DNA of 64,000 nt from Lingula anatina (lineage: Eukaryota > Animalia > Brachiopoda), in NCBI GenBank assembly GCA_051362555.1, contig CM120641.1, positions 44,398,401-44,462,400 on the forward strand, written 5' to 3'. The position numbers were made by a program, and so were the translations under genes. Below are positions 37,453-50,951 of the stretch, in pieces (positions within the stretch are counted from its first letter, which is position 1; each line of letters starts with the position of its first letter). The notes beneath the pieces are model-generated. The model worked only from the letters and a program-made list of their open reading frames with translations, made no database searches and was not told the origin of the DNA.

Positions 37453-40400
37453 TTCAAGACATTCTTTAAGGTATAAACTCATATGCATACATATTACATG
37501 TACACATATAGGTGGAGATGAATGATGGAATAGAGTGGGTCACCTTGACTAACAGAGCCCCCATGTCTCAGCAAGCCTACCGTGTCCTCCTGCTGTTAAT
37601 GGACCACAACAGAGGCACCATGACCTGCAGTGATCTCTGGGATACATACAAGACCACCTTCAATACAAGTCTCAATGTGGATACTGCATTGAAGGAGCTC
37701 AAGTATTACATTGAGGTTAGCATGGTACATATGAACAGTGCCTTTACAACTGTTAAGAGTATAATGATGAATTGTGAAGATGTTTACATTTTCCTTCTTT
37801 TTAGCAGTTGTTAAGTAGAAAAAGAATAAACATCATGATGCAAAAAGGTACATTGTTGGACAGCTGTTGTCATAGAATCATTAACTATCAGGTATTACCC
37901 CTGTTGAAAGGTATTAAAACTGAATTGCCCCCACCCCAACCCCTATTTTGAGGGGATGGGGTAGGAGAAGAGGTACTGGGTTAAAACCTTGTCGTAGATC
38001 ACAGAGATGTGATACATTCAGGACCCTGCCATCATGCCAACAAGTGTCAAATGCCTTTTGATCTCCCAAATCTTACTTTCTCATGGCTCATATGAAAGTC
38101 AAGAATACCTTTCTTATTTTAAACACCAAATATTGCATGCCACTTGTATATTTCTAAACAGGTAACAGGGGAAGGCAACAGACGGGTAGTGAAGCTCCAG
38201 CCTCTACAGATGTTTGCTCGTGAGGTTCGTCTGCTTCTACGTAGCAACCAAGGCAAGATAGGACTGCAGCAGTTTGAATCTGCCTACGAGGGCCAGTTCA
38301 TGGTTCAGCTGAAACCTGTGCGTTATGGCTTTGCCAGTCTGATGGCTCTCCTCCAAGCCATACCTCATGTGGCTACCATCCGTGGAAAAGGATATAGAAA
38401 GACAGTGCTTTTGTCCCAGGACTTCATCGGTAAGAAGAAAGAAAAGAAAAAAAAGATCTCGAGTTTTCCATTCTTAAGTTAATTAGAATAGAAAGAAAAA
38501 ATAATTTTGGATCACAGCCTCTTGGTAGAAAGAAAAGCAAGAAATATTTCCACATCTCCACCTCTGTATGAAAATGCAAAATTATATCCAGATCTTCACC
38601 TTTTTATGGAAAAGAAAAAAAAAAAAAAAGAATTTCATGTTTCCACCTCTTTATATGAAGAATATATTCAGGTGTTTTAGAAATAGGCTTTTGTTTCAGG
38701 ACTCGTTTTGTAAATGTGGAAGTGGCAAGATTTATTTCAAATTATTAACAAAACAGAAGAAAAAATAACTATAATTTGTAAAGCAGTGAAGTAAAAAAAA
38801 TCAGAGTAAAAAAGTATACGTGATGTGGGTATCAGAAATGAGGTCAAGAGCCATGGCAAAGTACTCTGTTCTTTTTTTCTTGGCAATTTGAACTTTGAAC
38901 AAATGGTAACTCTCTTTCTAGGCAAGTTGTCCCAGTATATCCCGCCCTCTCAGATCCAAGGCTTAGATGGCAGCACTGTTGGGAAGTCTAACCAAGATGG
39001 GAAGCCTGCAAGTCCTTCCTATGACTCTGGAATCACAGGTAGGTGTCCTTCTATATAAAGTGAGATTAAAGTGATTAAGATATCATTTATTGTTTCAGTA
39101 GGGCAAATAGGGCATATTTGATTTAAGTTCAGATTTTTTTTCTTTAATTTCTATAGGTGGCATTAAAATCTGATAGAGCAGAGGGGGTGGATTGAAATCT
39201 GTCAACTGTAAAATGAACAAATATTCAGAGGAAAGTTACTGAGTCAAAGACCTTAAGAAATATGGCCATGCAATGATGTGCCATTAATGTTAGTGATTTT
39301 GGCTTTTTATAGCAATTTCAGAAGATTTTTCATAGACTTCTAATCCCTTGTAATTTTTTTGACAGATGATGAGGATAAGGACCTAATGCATTTAGCAGTC
39401 AGCAGGGGGACCAGTCCTGTTGACTTTCTGGCTGACCCTGTGCCATCCTCTGTTCCATCTCCTGACTTAAAACCCAGCAGCACTTCACTGGATGAAAAGG
39501 ATCTCATAGTTCTTGATGGTGCAATAAAATCCTACAGTATGCAAAAGCCCCAGAATGTGTTAGAAGGTGAGAATGTTATACCTCAGTATACCTCAGTAGG
39601 TGTTTCCCATTGAAGCATAGTTTATTGATCTCACAAAGTGAATAAAATTAAAAAGTAATTTAATTAACAAACATCAAAAATCTTCCTTAGATCAGGTATT
39701 GTTAGTTGAAGTGGAGTGAAGATGGCAGTTATGTTGAATCAAAAAGACATATTTAGAGATTTTGTTGATATTTTTTTAAGCAAATGTGACATATATACAG
39801 CAAATTTGAGACTGATTGATCATAGTTGTATTTTTTTTCATCTCTCATCTCTAGGAGTGTTGGGCAGTCTAACAGCTGACGAGAAGAAGGGGCAGAAGAC
39901 ACCACTTTGTCAAACCCCAGTCTCCAGCATGCTACAGTTTGCAGCCCAGTATCTGCCCTCCTCCCTTCCAAAGCCCTTGCCAGTGCTACCACACCAGTCT
40001 GGTTCTTCTATGCCTCCCGGACAGATCATACATAGATGGCAACATTGGCAAGACAGGACACACCCACACCAACAGGAAATGCAGCAGCAGCAGTTGCAGC
40101 AAAATGAACAGCAACAGGAAGCAGAGATGATAAAGCATCAGCACCAGTTAGAGCAGGCACTACACATACAGCAACTGGCATTGCAACAGATGCTGAAAAC
40201 ACCACAAAAAGAGAAACAGCAACAGGAAAAGACAATGTCTTCAGCTGCCTCTCTTTCAGCAAACAGTACTGCTGAACCAGCAAGAGAGATGGTTACTCAG
40301 GGCACCCCCAGCAGGAATGCCCCTTCAGCAGTTGCCAGCCCTAACAGCAAGAGTGGCAGTGGGGGTTCCGAGCACAGTGCCAGTCCTTCCTCCAATAGAG

Positions 40401-40468
40401 GGACACCCAAGAAGTGCCGAATAGCTGCTAGATTTAATACACCTATCAAACCACCGAGGGAAGCTTAG
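27465..40468 (+). CDS. MARF1: Meiosis regulator and mRNA stability factor 1 (Limkain-b1): NYN RNase + 2 RRM + LOTUS/OST-HTH repeats, about 1529 aa
   Basis: 24 frame-consistent GT-AG exons (4590 nt): 27465-27486, 27803-28005, 28118-28235, 28566-28732, 28973-29056, 29181-29350, 30213-30322, 31374-32017, 32272-32447, 32649-32729, 33044-33188, 33935-34104, 34523-34686, 34900-35120, 35476-35614, 35725-35816, 35991-36036, 36243-36445, 36790-37020, 37512-37715, 38162-38429, 38922-39038, 39366-39566, 39855-40468. Motifs: [42 protein letters not shown], [19 protein letters not shown] (twice), C-terminal RIAARF. Confidence 0.96.
30850..31086. mobile_element. MITE-like element with internal C-rich subrepeats
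   Basis: 29-bp inverted repeat (atacgcccccgcaccattactcccctgca / tgcaggggagtaacggtgcggggacgtat) enclosing repeated actcccc/gcatcgat units; GC-rich against the AT-rich intron. Confidence 0.6.
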
Positions 40469-42174
40469 ATAAAAAGGACTATTTGCTGTGTAGACAGTTA
40501 ATATGCTCTCATATTCTGTATTAGTAAAATTTGTCATTGACTGTTATCACTTTTTGATATGAATGAGGCAATTAATTATAGTAGAAGTTGTAATTCTATG
40601 AGGATTAAATTTGATGTCCTTTTCAGTGATGACTTTCTTCCTGCTGTAGATTGATCTTTTCTTAAGATGGGATTCATTTGCTTGTGATTGATTACCACTT
40701 GGTAGTCAAATTATTTAGGCTTTCATACAATATATAGTATGAATATGAAATCATTTACCAATATCCAAAATTAATTTGGAAATGATAACTTTATTATAGT
40801 GTTTGCAATTATAATGCAATTTTATTTATCCTAGGTTTAAATTTTAATATTAGTTAGATTTTGTATATTTGGTACACAGCTCTGTAAGAACTTCTTTTTG
40901 TAGTTTCTGGATTTTTTATTTGGTTGTGGGATAATTCTGAGTTTGGAACTGGTATAATAGAGAATTATTTAACTGAATGTAGCACTCTACTAAATATATA
41001 TTGAAAAGCTTTCTTTTTAGTGTCTATATCTATATATAAACACGTACGAGTCAAGTGCCAGTAGGTGTCACCCCTAGTAGGGAAATGCTGAAGTTAAAGT
41101 AAATATGACATGCTATGTTTTGGTGAAATATTTACCATATATCTGTTGATATGTTGTACTTTGATATGAATTATACTTAATACTGATAAGGCAAAAGTGT
41201 ATTTCATGGGTATATCTTTTTTTTTTTTTATTTCAGTCAATTTATAGTTATTATATACTTGCTTAGTTTTGTGGTATGAGTCAGATTCTGATAGTGCAGG
41301 TTCCAAGTTCATGGTGGTTGTCTTTCCTGTACACACAGGAATTTCACTGCTGGCAAATGTTTAATATGTGCAAGAAACCCATAATTACTGATTGCATCAT
41401 GAGTATCCCCCACCATCATTATTGGTATAAGTGTCCAATAAATGAGACTTGGGGAGAAAACATGAGAACAAATGATGTTGGAAATGTGAGTTTTAAATCC
41501 TTTACAAATGTAAAGAAGAGAGCAAGGAAGCTATCACCAAGGCAAGCTGCTAAAGACTGAAAGCTGAAAAAAAAAGAACATCATAAGAAACTGATGTTCC
41601 ATGCCTCCCAACATGGATAATCAATACATCCATGGGAGGTTACCTATTTTTCAGTTTTCTAGCCTTCTTTGCAACTTTGCAAGACTTGCTTGGGAGATGT
41701 CCCACATAAGTTGTGAAAAAAAGTCAACCTTGGAAGCACTGTATGAAAGAATGAGTTTTAAAGACTGACATCAGTATTGTATGGGTTCCAATGGCATTAA
41801 TGTTCTAAGGAAGATACATAGACCATCTATGTAGTGTGAATATTATGCCATGTACATGTTAATTGATATGAACTGTTATTATTTCAGGAAAGGCTGTCAG
41901 TTTCCAGAGATCTAAGTTGCCTTTACATTTAGAGCAAGCTTTGACCAGAGAGTGGAATTAAGATGCTGCTTTGATTACAAATTCCTCTTTTCACATTTGA
42001 CTCTATATTCCATTTGTTTAGCTATATGGCATACAATTAACAGATGTATGTGTTCTGAGAATGCAAACAATATTGTCAAAGGCAAAAGTGGCTCTGAATT
42101 CTGGATATTTCAATTAATTTAGTGTTATATATCGAAGTTTTGATTAATGTTGCTTCCATGCGCAGTATAAATGA

Positions 42175-42180
42175 AATAAA
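42175..42180 (+). terminator. Candidate polyadenylation signal of MARF1 (implies a 3'UTR of about 1.7 kb)
   Basis: AATAAA followed about 20-50 nt downstream by T-rich and GT-rich sequence. Confidence 0.4.
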
Positions 42181-42440
42181 CTAGTTGCTGAATCGATTTT
42201 TCATTTGTTCCATTTTGGCTGTGTGTGTGTGTATTGCCTTTTAGAGATATTACAATGTCTTTCACTTGAGAATACTTGTAGTTCAACAACTCTTCTAAGC
42301 AAGCATCAACTTTACAAATAAGCTTACAGTTAAAATTATTTGAAGATATAACTAGTCTAGCTGGTTTTAGCAGGTTTCACCAAAAAACATGTAGAAGAAT
42401 GTTTATGAGAGAAGAGTTTCATTAGCTCTGTATGTATCAA

Positions 42441-42714
42441 TTTAAATTTGTTTTTCTTTTTATCAAGAGCTTATAAAATATGTAGGTTTTACTTCCAATA
42501 TTTCTGTGACTGTCCGTCACCCTCATCAGGGAGTAAATGTAACAGTTACAACACAAGGCCAGTGATTAGGGGCAATTGACCTGGATTTTCATTCCAGGTG
42601 AAATGACCCTAGTCATTTACTCCCTGATAATGGTGACTGACAGTCACAGGAATATTGCAGGTAAAACCTACATATTTTATAAGCTCTTGATAAAAAGAAA
42701 AACAATAATTTAAA
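42441..42714. repeat. About 100-bp inverted repeat carrying decayed Penelope-type minimal hammerhead motifs
   Basis: 42441-42539 is the diverged reverse complement of about 42614-42714. The minus-strand arm reads TTTACTCC-CTGATGA-GG-GTGAC-ggaca-GTCAC-A-GAAA-TATT-GGAAGTAAA. Confidence 0.7.
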
Positions 42715-43099
42715 AAGAAGAATGTTTACTCTTACCTCTCCATGGAGTCTACAAAATAATACAAAAGTGCAATTTTCTTTCACTTTGCAACAAGGCTTGA
42801 ACATTTTAATTAAAATTTCAATCAAAACGGCTTGGCAATTAAATTGATAGAGTGAAAATGTTGTGTAATTTGTCCACGGATGTTGCTGCACACATTAGTC
42901 TTTCACAAGAGCCAAAGCCAAAAATTAAACAAGACTTTTCCAAGTGTTTGTTGTTACAAATAATGCTAATACTTCTACAAGAACAAATCTTTCCCCCAAA
43001 TTCCACCTAAACTCCTAACGAAGACTTCAGGCCAACTATTTTAATATAGCATATTGTGTTTGGTGTCCTGATTGTGATTTCAGCTTCGCCACCCATGTG

Positions 43100-43529
43100 G
43101 GCGGCTTGTTTGTGAAAGTGAATGATTGGCGGCCTCCTTGGCTCATAAATATGTAATAAGGTCATAGTGCTAAATGGATGACATCATTTACTCACACTTA
43201 TATTGATTATATTCATACGCCACTTAATGCAAAATGTTGTCTATCTAAGCACACAAACATGAATAAAACGAAGTTATACTATAGCTTTATATATGATCAA
43301 AATTTAGAGCACTGCTTAAGTTCCTTCGGAAAAAGTCCACTGTGCATGTTTAATATTCAGCGGAAGTAAATTTCCCGGCTGAGTGCAGCGGCTTGCGTCG
43401 GTTCCCGCAATCTTCTGCAGCAACGTACGAGAAATCCCCAAAACAAGCCGGGTGGATTTACAATTCTTGGTACGTGGGATAGCGACATTACAGCAGGCGT
43501 GGGGAAAAAGGATCCAAGATTGTTCTTAG
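43100..43529 (+). promoter_or_regulatory. Probable promoter and non-coding first exon of beta-spectrin
   Basis: CpG-rich patch with ATTGG (about 43125) and ETS CGGAAGT (43361), ending in a strong donor TAG|GTAAGG at 43529/43530. The next good acceptor before the ATG exon is at 48119. Confidence 0.55.
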
Positions 43530-44713
43530 GTAAGGAAAGGCACGATCGGTTTGTAATTTTACCCAAGCTCTGGCAGATTCTAGGAGCAACCCATTCAACA
43601 GGGCTGGGCTTCCGAAGCAGGCAACATGGCGCGTAGGGTTCTATGTTTGGAATGTGGGAAACATAGTACATATCTTTGCTATCAGAATAAGAGCAACGTC
43701 CATGATTAGATGTCATTTAAAATGCAGGGTACTGAATACTGTTTATCTCTTGTCTAGGTTTTTTATGTCTCCAATGGTACGCTTCTTGGCCCAGACGTAA
43801 TCGTTAAGTTGGGTTACACCCACCCATATTTGATGTTTTTTTTTTTAATTTCTGGTGTAGAGCACGAGACAAGGTTAGCTTTTAAACGTGCATCTGTACA
43901 CATTTGATCTAGTGACAGTCTAACGTGGAGTTGACCTGTGATAATTTTGAGCTTAAGATTCGCCGGTAGCAGTAATGGACGGGTCATACTGATAAGGGAG
44001 GCCACGATGTTAGATAGTAGATGTGATGAAAGTTAAGTCGAGGGAAAGGTCACATTGATCTGGAGTTCGGAAGGGAGACATATTTTCAAAATTTAATGCT
44101 GTTAGTGTGTGAGTTAAAACAAGTTAAAAATCTAGTAAATAATGTTCCATTATAGAGGGCATATATAAAGAATTTTAAAACATATATATATATATAGAAA
44201 ATAAAAATTTGAACAAGGTTGCTTAGAATTAGTGTATATCACAGCCAAATTTTATTCAGTTTTTTAAGCATTGTCTATGAAATTTACTGCTTATAGCATT
44301 AATAAAGATTACAGACAAGTAGCTCGTTAAATGTTTGACTCATCAGATATATTGATTTACCAAATTACCAGGAAGACCTTACGTACATATTATTTGAAAA
44401 AAAAATGATAGATTTATATCTGTATAGCAAAAAGGAGCAAAAGATCAGATTCATAAGCATTCTTTGCTTTGTTAGACAGTACAGCATGGCAGCTTTTGTT
44501 GATACATCTTTAGAACTGTTAAGGGCAAAAATATCTTCATGTCATGCTTCAGGAAAGTGGCCCAAGATTTTAAGTATGAGAATCAGCTGTTTTACCTTAT
44601 CCAAACACCACTGCCTAGGTTTAATAGCATTTAAGTGGAAAAAAGTATTTTCAGGCACTCCCCTTCACCTGTTTAGAGGGTTATGGTGGCTGACCCTGAC
44701 AAACTGCAGTGCT

Positions 44714-44744
<31 letters not shown>

Positions 44745-47700
44745 CTTCCTCAGGTGTGAGAAGGTGAAATTAAGGCAAATGTGGTGTTTAATCCAATAAT
44801 GTCCCTTGTGGAATTATGGATTCTTAACAGTGATGTTTGCTTAAGCCATGGGGTATAATGTGAGAACTTACAACCTGAGTACTGGTACCCACCCTGAGGT
44901 TCATCAGGTGGGAAAAGCGATTTATTTTCCACATGTGCACTGAAGCACATATCATGGTAACAGCATATCTATAATGAGTCTGGATCACTTACTGTGAGTG
45001 GCTGGGTAATATACACTCATCTTCCACATTCCATTACCATGATATTATTATTATAGAAGATGAGTCTGTGGAACCCAGGGTGCCCTGACCTGGCATGCTG
45101 CACACATCTGGTGTTGTACTGTAGATCTCCCTTGCTCACCACATCAGTGCATAGCTGGCATGGTCTGCATTGCTACTCTCTCAGTGCCCGCCACAACTGA
45201 CCATAGGCGGACTTCACAAGAGAACTATATTTGGTCTTTAAGTTCAGACCAAATTTTAAAATTTGGTCTTGGATTAATTTTAATTATTTTTTTCAATTGG
45301 CTCCAAGACCATATGGTGTTACATACATGATACTGCTTGCATATATATATGTTATTGAAGTGAACACAACAAATGTTTAACTGCAATGAAGTCCTTAAGG
45401 CAGATTTAATTAAATGGTGTGATATACTTGTCAGTTGATACAAGGAATATTTTGAATGAAATTATTAGATAAGACCAGTTTATTGAATTTTCGTGAATCG
45501 TGGCAATGTTTTTATTGATTTCACGTCCAGGCAATGGAAATTCCTAGAATATACTGTTCTACTTTTGGTCCATGATCCTTCAGTTTGACTAAAGAATCTT
45601 TTGCTCTGCTGTCAGCATTAACATGTGATGAGCTGTATTAAGTGTATTACTGCTGGCATGATTAGATAAACCTTGAAGAAGTAGTCTCAACTAACTTGCT
45701 AATTTAGAATCAGGATCTCCAGGGACTTGGAAGATAAAAGATCAGTGGTAGTTTTTGTTTCAGTTCTTTTTCCATTAGTTCAGAGATACCAGTTGATGCA
45801 CTTGTAGATTTAATTGTTTTTTTTTGTGTGTGTGTGTGTGTGTGTATACATTTTAGTGGTATAATTTTAGGTAAAAGTCAGTTTATTGAACACTAAACAT
45901 ATCTTTTAGTTACATGCAATCTTTCTATTCAACACCCAATTTGTAAAATTAACAAGATTTATACAAGTGAGATCATTGACATTGGAGAGCATTATGTAAA
46001 GATTATTTTTAAAAAGCATCTTTTGTCAGATTGAATCTTTTTCCTGTTATCAATGATTAAATCTGTAGACATTTCAAGGAAAGCGGTAATGTGCAATACT
46101 TATCTGGAAGAGATTAACACCAGGCCATGAACATCATCCAGCTGTCATTAATCTTGTCCATGACAGAAGTTAGTAAATGTCTACTTACAACATAACGCCT
46201 TCCTTTAAAATATGAATGAATGGGAATCACCATTCATAATATGTATTTTATCATATCATTATTGTTCTGAGGAAACTAAGGAAATTATGGATTCCTGCAT
46301 TTAATGTTGACCTCTTGAGGCAAAATACAATTTTTGCAATGGAGAAAAGGTTGAAATAAAAGAGTTTTCAGTCCTTGTAGGATTCCTTTGCAACTACTTC
46401 CTTGATATGAAGTGAAATACAAAATGAAACTAAGAGAAAAATAAATAGGAAATTTGCATCAGGCATTTGCATTTACAGGGTATAACTGGACGTCCTTTAA
46501 GGTCAGCAGTCATTACCATGACACTACAAAGCATTCGGTCTCTTTGATCAAATTTAGTATCACAGTACAGTGAAGTAAGGCCCTATCTTTATGCCTTCCT
46601 CCTGCTGATTAGGCGTCAGCACGAAATCTACCAGCAGATCATAGGGGAACGATGACTCACTGGGCCAGCTCTTCATATCTAGGTCACTGCAGAAACGGAC
46701 CAGCTACTAATGTTTACTCTCTCATAGCTTCATTGATTTTTCATGGGGTTACTTATGACAGTGTGCATGCAGCCAGCAGAAAACCTGCAGTGTGCCGACT
46801 TAGAAATGGATATATGAATTAAAATTACCCCTCTGCATTGTGGTCACATTAATACTTCGACCATCCCATCCTGCCTTAAAATTCAGAATCGATGTAAGTG
46901 CACAGACTCCAGTAAAGATATATAAGGGTGGCACTAGGTATTTTGACGTAACATTGATGTTAGTATTTTGTTTGCTATTAAGCCTGGTTTAACAATGCAT
47001 ATATTATCGATTGCTTAAACTAACAGGCCTTGCTGGTTTTATTGATCTGATTCACAGACTCCATGCACATGCAATCTTTATCTGCTTGATTTCAATGTTT
47101 TTTCAGACACAAACTCAGCTAGTTATTTATTTCTCATATTCCTTAACCCAAGGAACAAACATTTTTCTTACATTAACTGATGTAGGTGGAATGTAGCCTG
47201 GTGTTCCAGATCCGAATGTTCCCCGTGTCTTGACTTATGTCTGAGCTTATCAAGGCATGTTTGTAATAGCAGACACTGGAGGTCTTGTGTGGCCATTTGG
47301 CCAATTCTGGAATCTCTGTGGGTGTGTTTACACTGGGCCATGTGGCACTGTATCAGTTCATACCAGGGTCAGACTGTGTTGAGTAGCATTAAAACAATGG
47401 CCTTACACAAATTTATGTGTATGTCTTATATTTCTACAAAATTTCAATGTGAGTTATAAATCTTAAAAGGCATTGTAACCCTGGCTTCCTGTTGTAGTTG
47501 ACTGCTATTTGCCCTCCCACCTAAAAGTCAAACAGAGATAGTGACACACACTCACACACTTGCTATCTACTAGCAGTAATAAATTATCCACTGTTAAGTT
47601 TCTTTGCCAGATTTTATGGACAGGTTCTTTATAGCGTGGGTTCAAAGTTGGTGCAGATTTAATTCAGGATCTTGTATGTAAACAAGTAGTTGGCATTATC

Positions 47701-48145
47701 TGTGGCACATACATTGTTAGGTGATGTCAGTGAAAATTTCATTTGTACTCTGTATGAAAAAGAAGATATTTCCAACAAGTTTCTGCTTAAAGTGACTGAG
47801 TGCAGATTACCAAGCTTTCTTTGAAGTTCAGTTAATGGCCGTTTAAGTTTGAAGAGTTATGTGCTGATGCGTCTTTAGATGGATTCTGGGCCTAACTAAA
47901 TTATACAGTACTTGATATTTTATCTGAACTGCAGGCAGTAAATTGATTGTTTGAGTTTTACAGCAGGAGAACAGCTTTTTTAACCTGTGTGGGTCTGTGT
48001 GTGTGTTTTATACAGATTTATGTAAAATATAAATACTTGTTGCCATTATCTGAGGCACATTAATTGTGGAATAACGTGTCAGTGAAAAATTCATGATTGC
48101 TTTCCTCTTCTGTGTTTAGGTTTGCTGGCGTGAGCCATTAGCATT

Positions 48146-50873
48146 ATGACGGAGGTCCAGCAGGTGCACGCGGGCATCCGCTGGGAGCCTGGCCAGGTAC
48201 AAATGGAAGAAGAATGGGATGGAGGAAATAATTCATCAAAGCTATTTGAACGCTCCAGAATCAAAGCCCTTGCAGGTAAGCATACAGTTCTTCTATACAT
48301 ATTTTTAACGAATCTATTGTTTTTATGTACAGACACAGATGTGTCTGTACATATAGCCATCATCTGCGTCTGTCGTCGCCGTCGTCGCCGTCGGCGCCGT
48401 CGTCGCCGTCGTGCACTTTTACCGATAACACGATAAGTGGAACACCGTTTTTGCTTTTGGCTTGAAACTTACAGAACTGGTGAATATTCATAATACGCAG
48501 GTCAAGTTCGAAAATCAGCATGATCGGGTCACTTTTAGGGGATTTATGCTGTTTTTTCACTTTTTTCAGCATATATGCAGCACCGATAACACTATAAGTG
48601 GAAAACCATTTTACCTTTTGACTTGAAACTTACAGAACTGATGAATATTCATAATACGCAGGTCAAGTTCGAAAATCAGCATGATCGGGTCACTTATAGG
48701 TAATTTATGCTGTTTTTTCACTTTTTTCAGCATATATGCAGCACCGATAACACGATAAGTGGAAAACCGTTTTACTTTTTGACTTGAAACTTACAGAACT
48801 GATGAATATTCATAATACGCAGGTCAAGTTCGAAAATCAGCATGATTGGGCTATTTTGAGGGAATTTATGCTGTTTTTTCACTATTTTCAATATAAATGC
48901 AACACTGATAACACAATATAAGAAAAACGGATTGGCCAATTGTAATTATACTCACAGGAGTGGTCAATCTTACTAAAACGCAGGTTGAGTTCGAAAATCA
49001 GCATAATCGGGCCATTATTTTAGAAGTTATACTGTTTTTTTCACATTTCCTCAGATTCAATTCTTAAGCATGTTAACAGTCTCATTATTGAACTAATAAG
49101 ATACGTAAAAGTGTTTGTTTGACATTTCCTGCATCTTTACAACATTGTTAGTTGATTTTGTAAAAATGATGGTAAACTTGTTATCATGTATTGTGTAATA
49201 AAGTGTCAAAAATGGAAATAAACTCATATCATTGCAGTTTTTCAGATGCATTCATCCACTATGTTCAGAATCTCAGAATGGAGGAAGTTGGACATTTAAC
49301 ACTGTTCTATTGATACTTTTCCCATCTCATCAATTTTCTTCATTGGTCATATAAAAATGGCAGTAAACTGTTTATTTTGTTTTATGTTAAAAAAGTGTTA
49401 AAAATGGAAATAAACCCATTTCAGAACAGTGCTGTCTTGTTTACATTTTGGCATTTTCAATATGTGACTTTGAAGTTCCATGGGCCTGAAGACTTTTGCT
49501 AGTTACATTTTCTGAATAACCATGATACTAATATTTTATAATTAAAAATTGATGGTCATTATGCTGTAAAACATTATGTAATATTGCATCAAAATTTGAA
49601 GAAACCCCTATTTTGGGCAGTGCTCCCATGATGACCATTTAAGGAAAATCATGTCACTTACTGTTCTCAAACTTACAGGAAAGAAACATGGGACTAAAAT
49701 ACAGCTTCAGTAGGCAATGCAGTCTGTTTGGTAAATTTTTCTGGCAATTAAACAGTTTTTTGTGAAAATTTAATTTTTCACATATTGGCATTTCCAAGGT
49801 GTGACTTAGAACCTCCATGGGCTTGAAGACCCATGCTAGTCACATTTTGTGAAAATCCATGACACTTATATTTAATTATTAAAAATCGATGGTCAGTATG
49901 CTGTTAAGCATTATGTAATGTTGCATCAAAATAGAAGAAAACACAATTTTTGGTGCTGCTGCCTTGATGACCATTATGGGAAAACCGTGTTACTTATGAC
50001 TGTCAAACTTTCAAAAAAGAAACACAGGACTTAAATGCAGCCTGAGTTAGAAAAGCAGTCTAATTGGCTTCTTTTTCTGGAAGTTATACATTTTAGTGTA
50101 ATATTCATTATCTTTTTGGCATATTCATTGTGGGACTCGGAGCTCCCATGGACATGAAGCCAAATGGTAATCATATTTTCTACATGTCCATCCTATTTAT
50201 AGTCAATAAACAAAAATTGGTGATAATAATTCTCTAATTTATTATGTAATGTTACATCAAAATTGACAACAATCTTTTTGCACTGCTACTGCAAACATTA
50301 TGAAAAGAAAACTGTGCTACTTATTATAATTTTAAACTTACAAGTACGATTTTTAGGATTGGCCTTCAGCTCATGAGAAAACCAGCTCTATTGGATTATC
50401 ATGTTTATTGTATTTATGCATTTTTTGTGAAATTTTCATTTTTCTCATTCTGGCACTTTCTAAGTATAAACTTGAACTCTGATGGGCCTGGAGCCTTATG
50501 CTTTTACTTTCGTCTGTGTTACCTGTTGTGCATAAGTTGATGTTGACTGTGCAGTTAAACATAATGTATTATTGCATCAGGATTGGTAGTCTCCTATTTT
50601 GGGCATTATGGTTTTGTGCTTTTCTTAAGGTGTGACTTATGGGCCTGAAGACCTTTGAGTGGGTCAGTCTGTAAATTACCCTTGGGTATCACTAGATTAA
50701 TTTCAGAGTTATAAAGTCATTTGCTTTAATAGGCCATTAAATGAGATTACGTAAAGCACACTTGTTGATATTTCCCTGTAAACTCCCAAAGGTAAAGCTC
50801 TCTGCTAGATTAATAATAAGGAAGCAGTGATAATTATGCAGGTAAATTTTGTTTAATATTGCAAATAAGTTAG

Positions 50874-50951
<78 letters not shown>

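Noticed and set aside
48276-48436. Poly-Arg extension of the ORF starting at 48146
   Set aside because: Read-through past the splice donor into the microsatellite of the inserted element.
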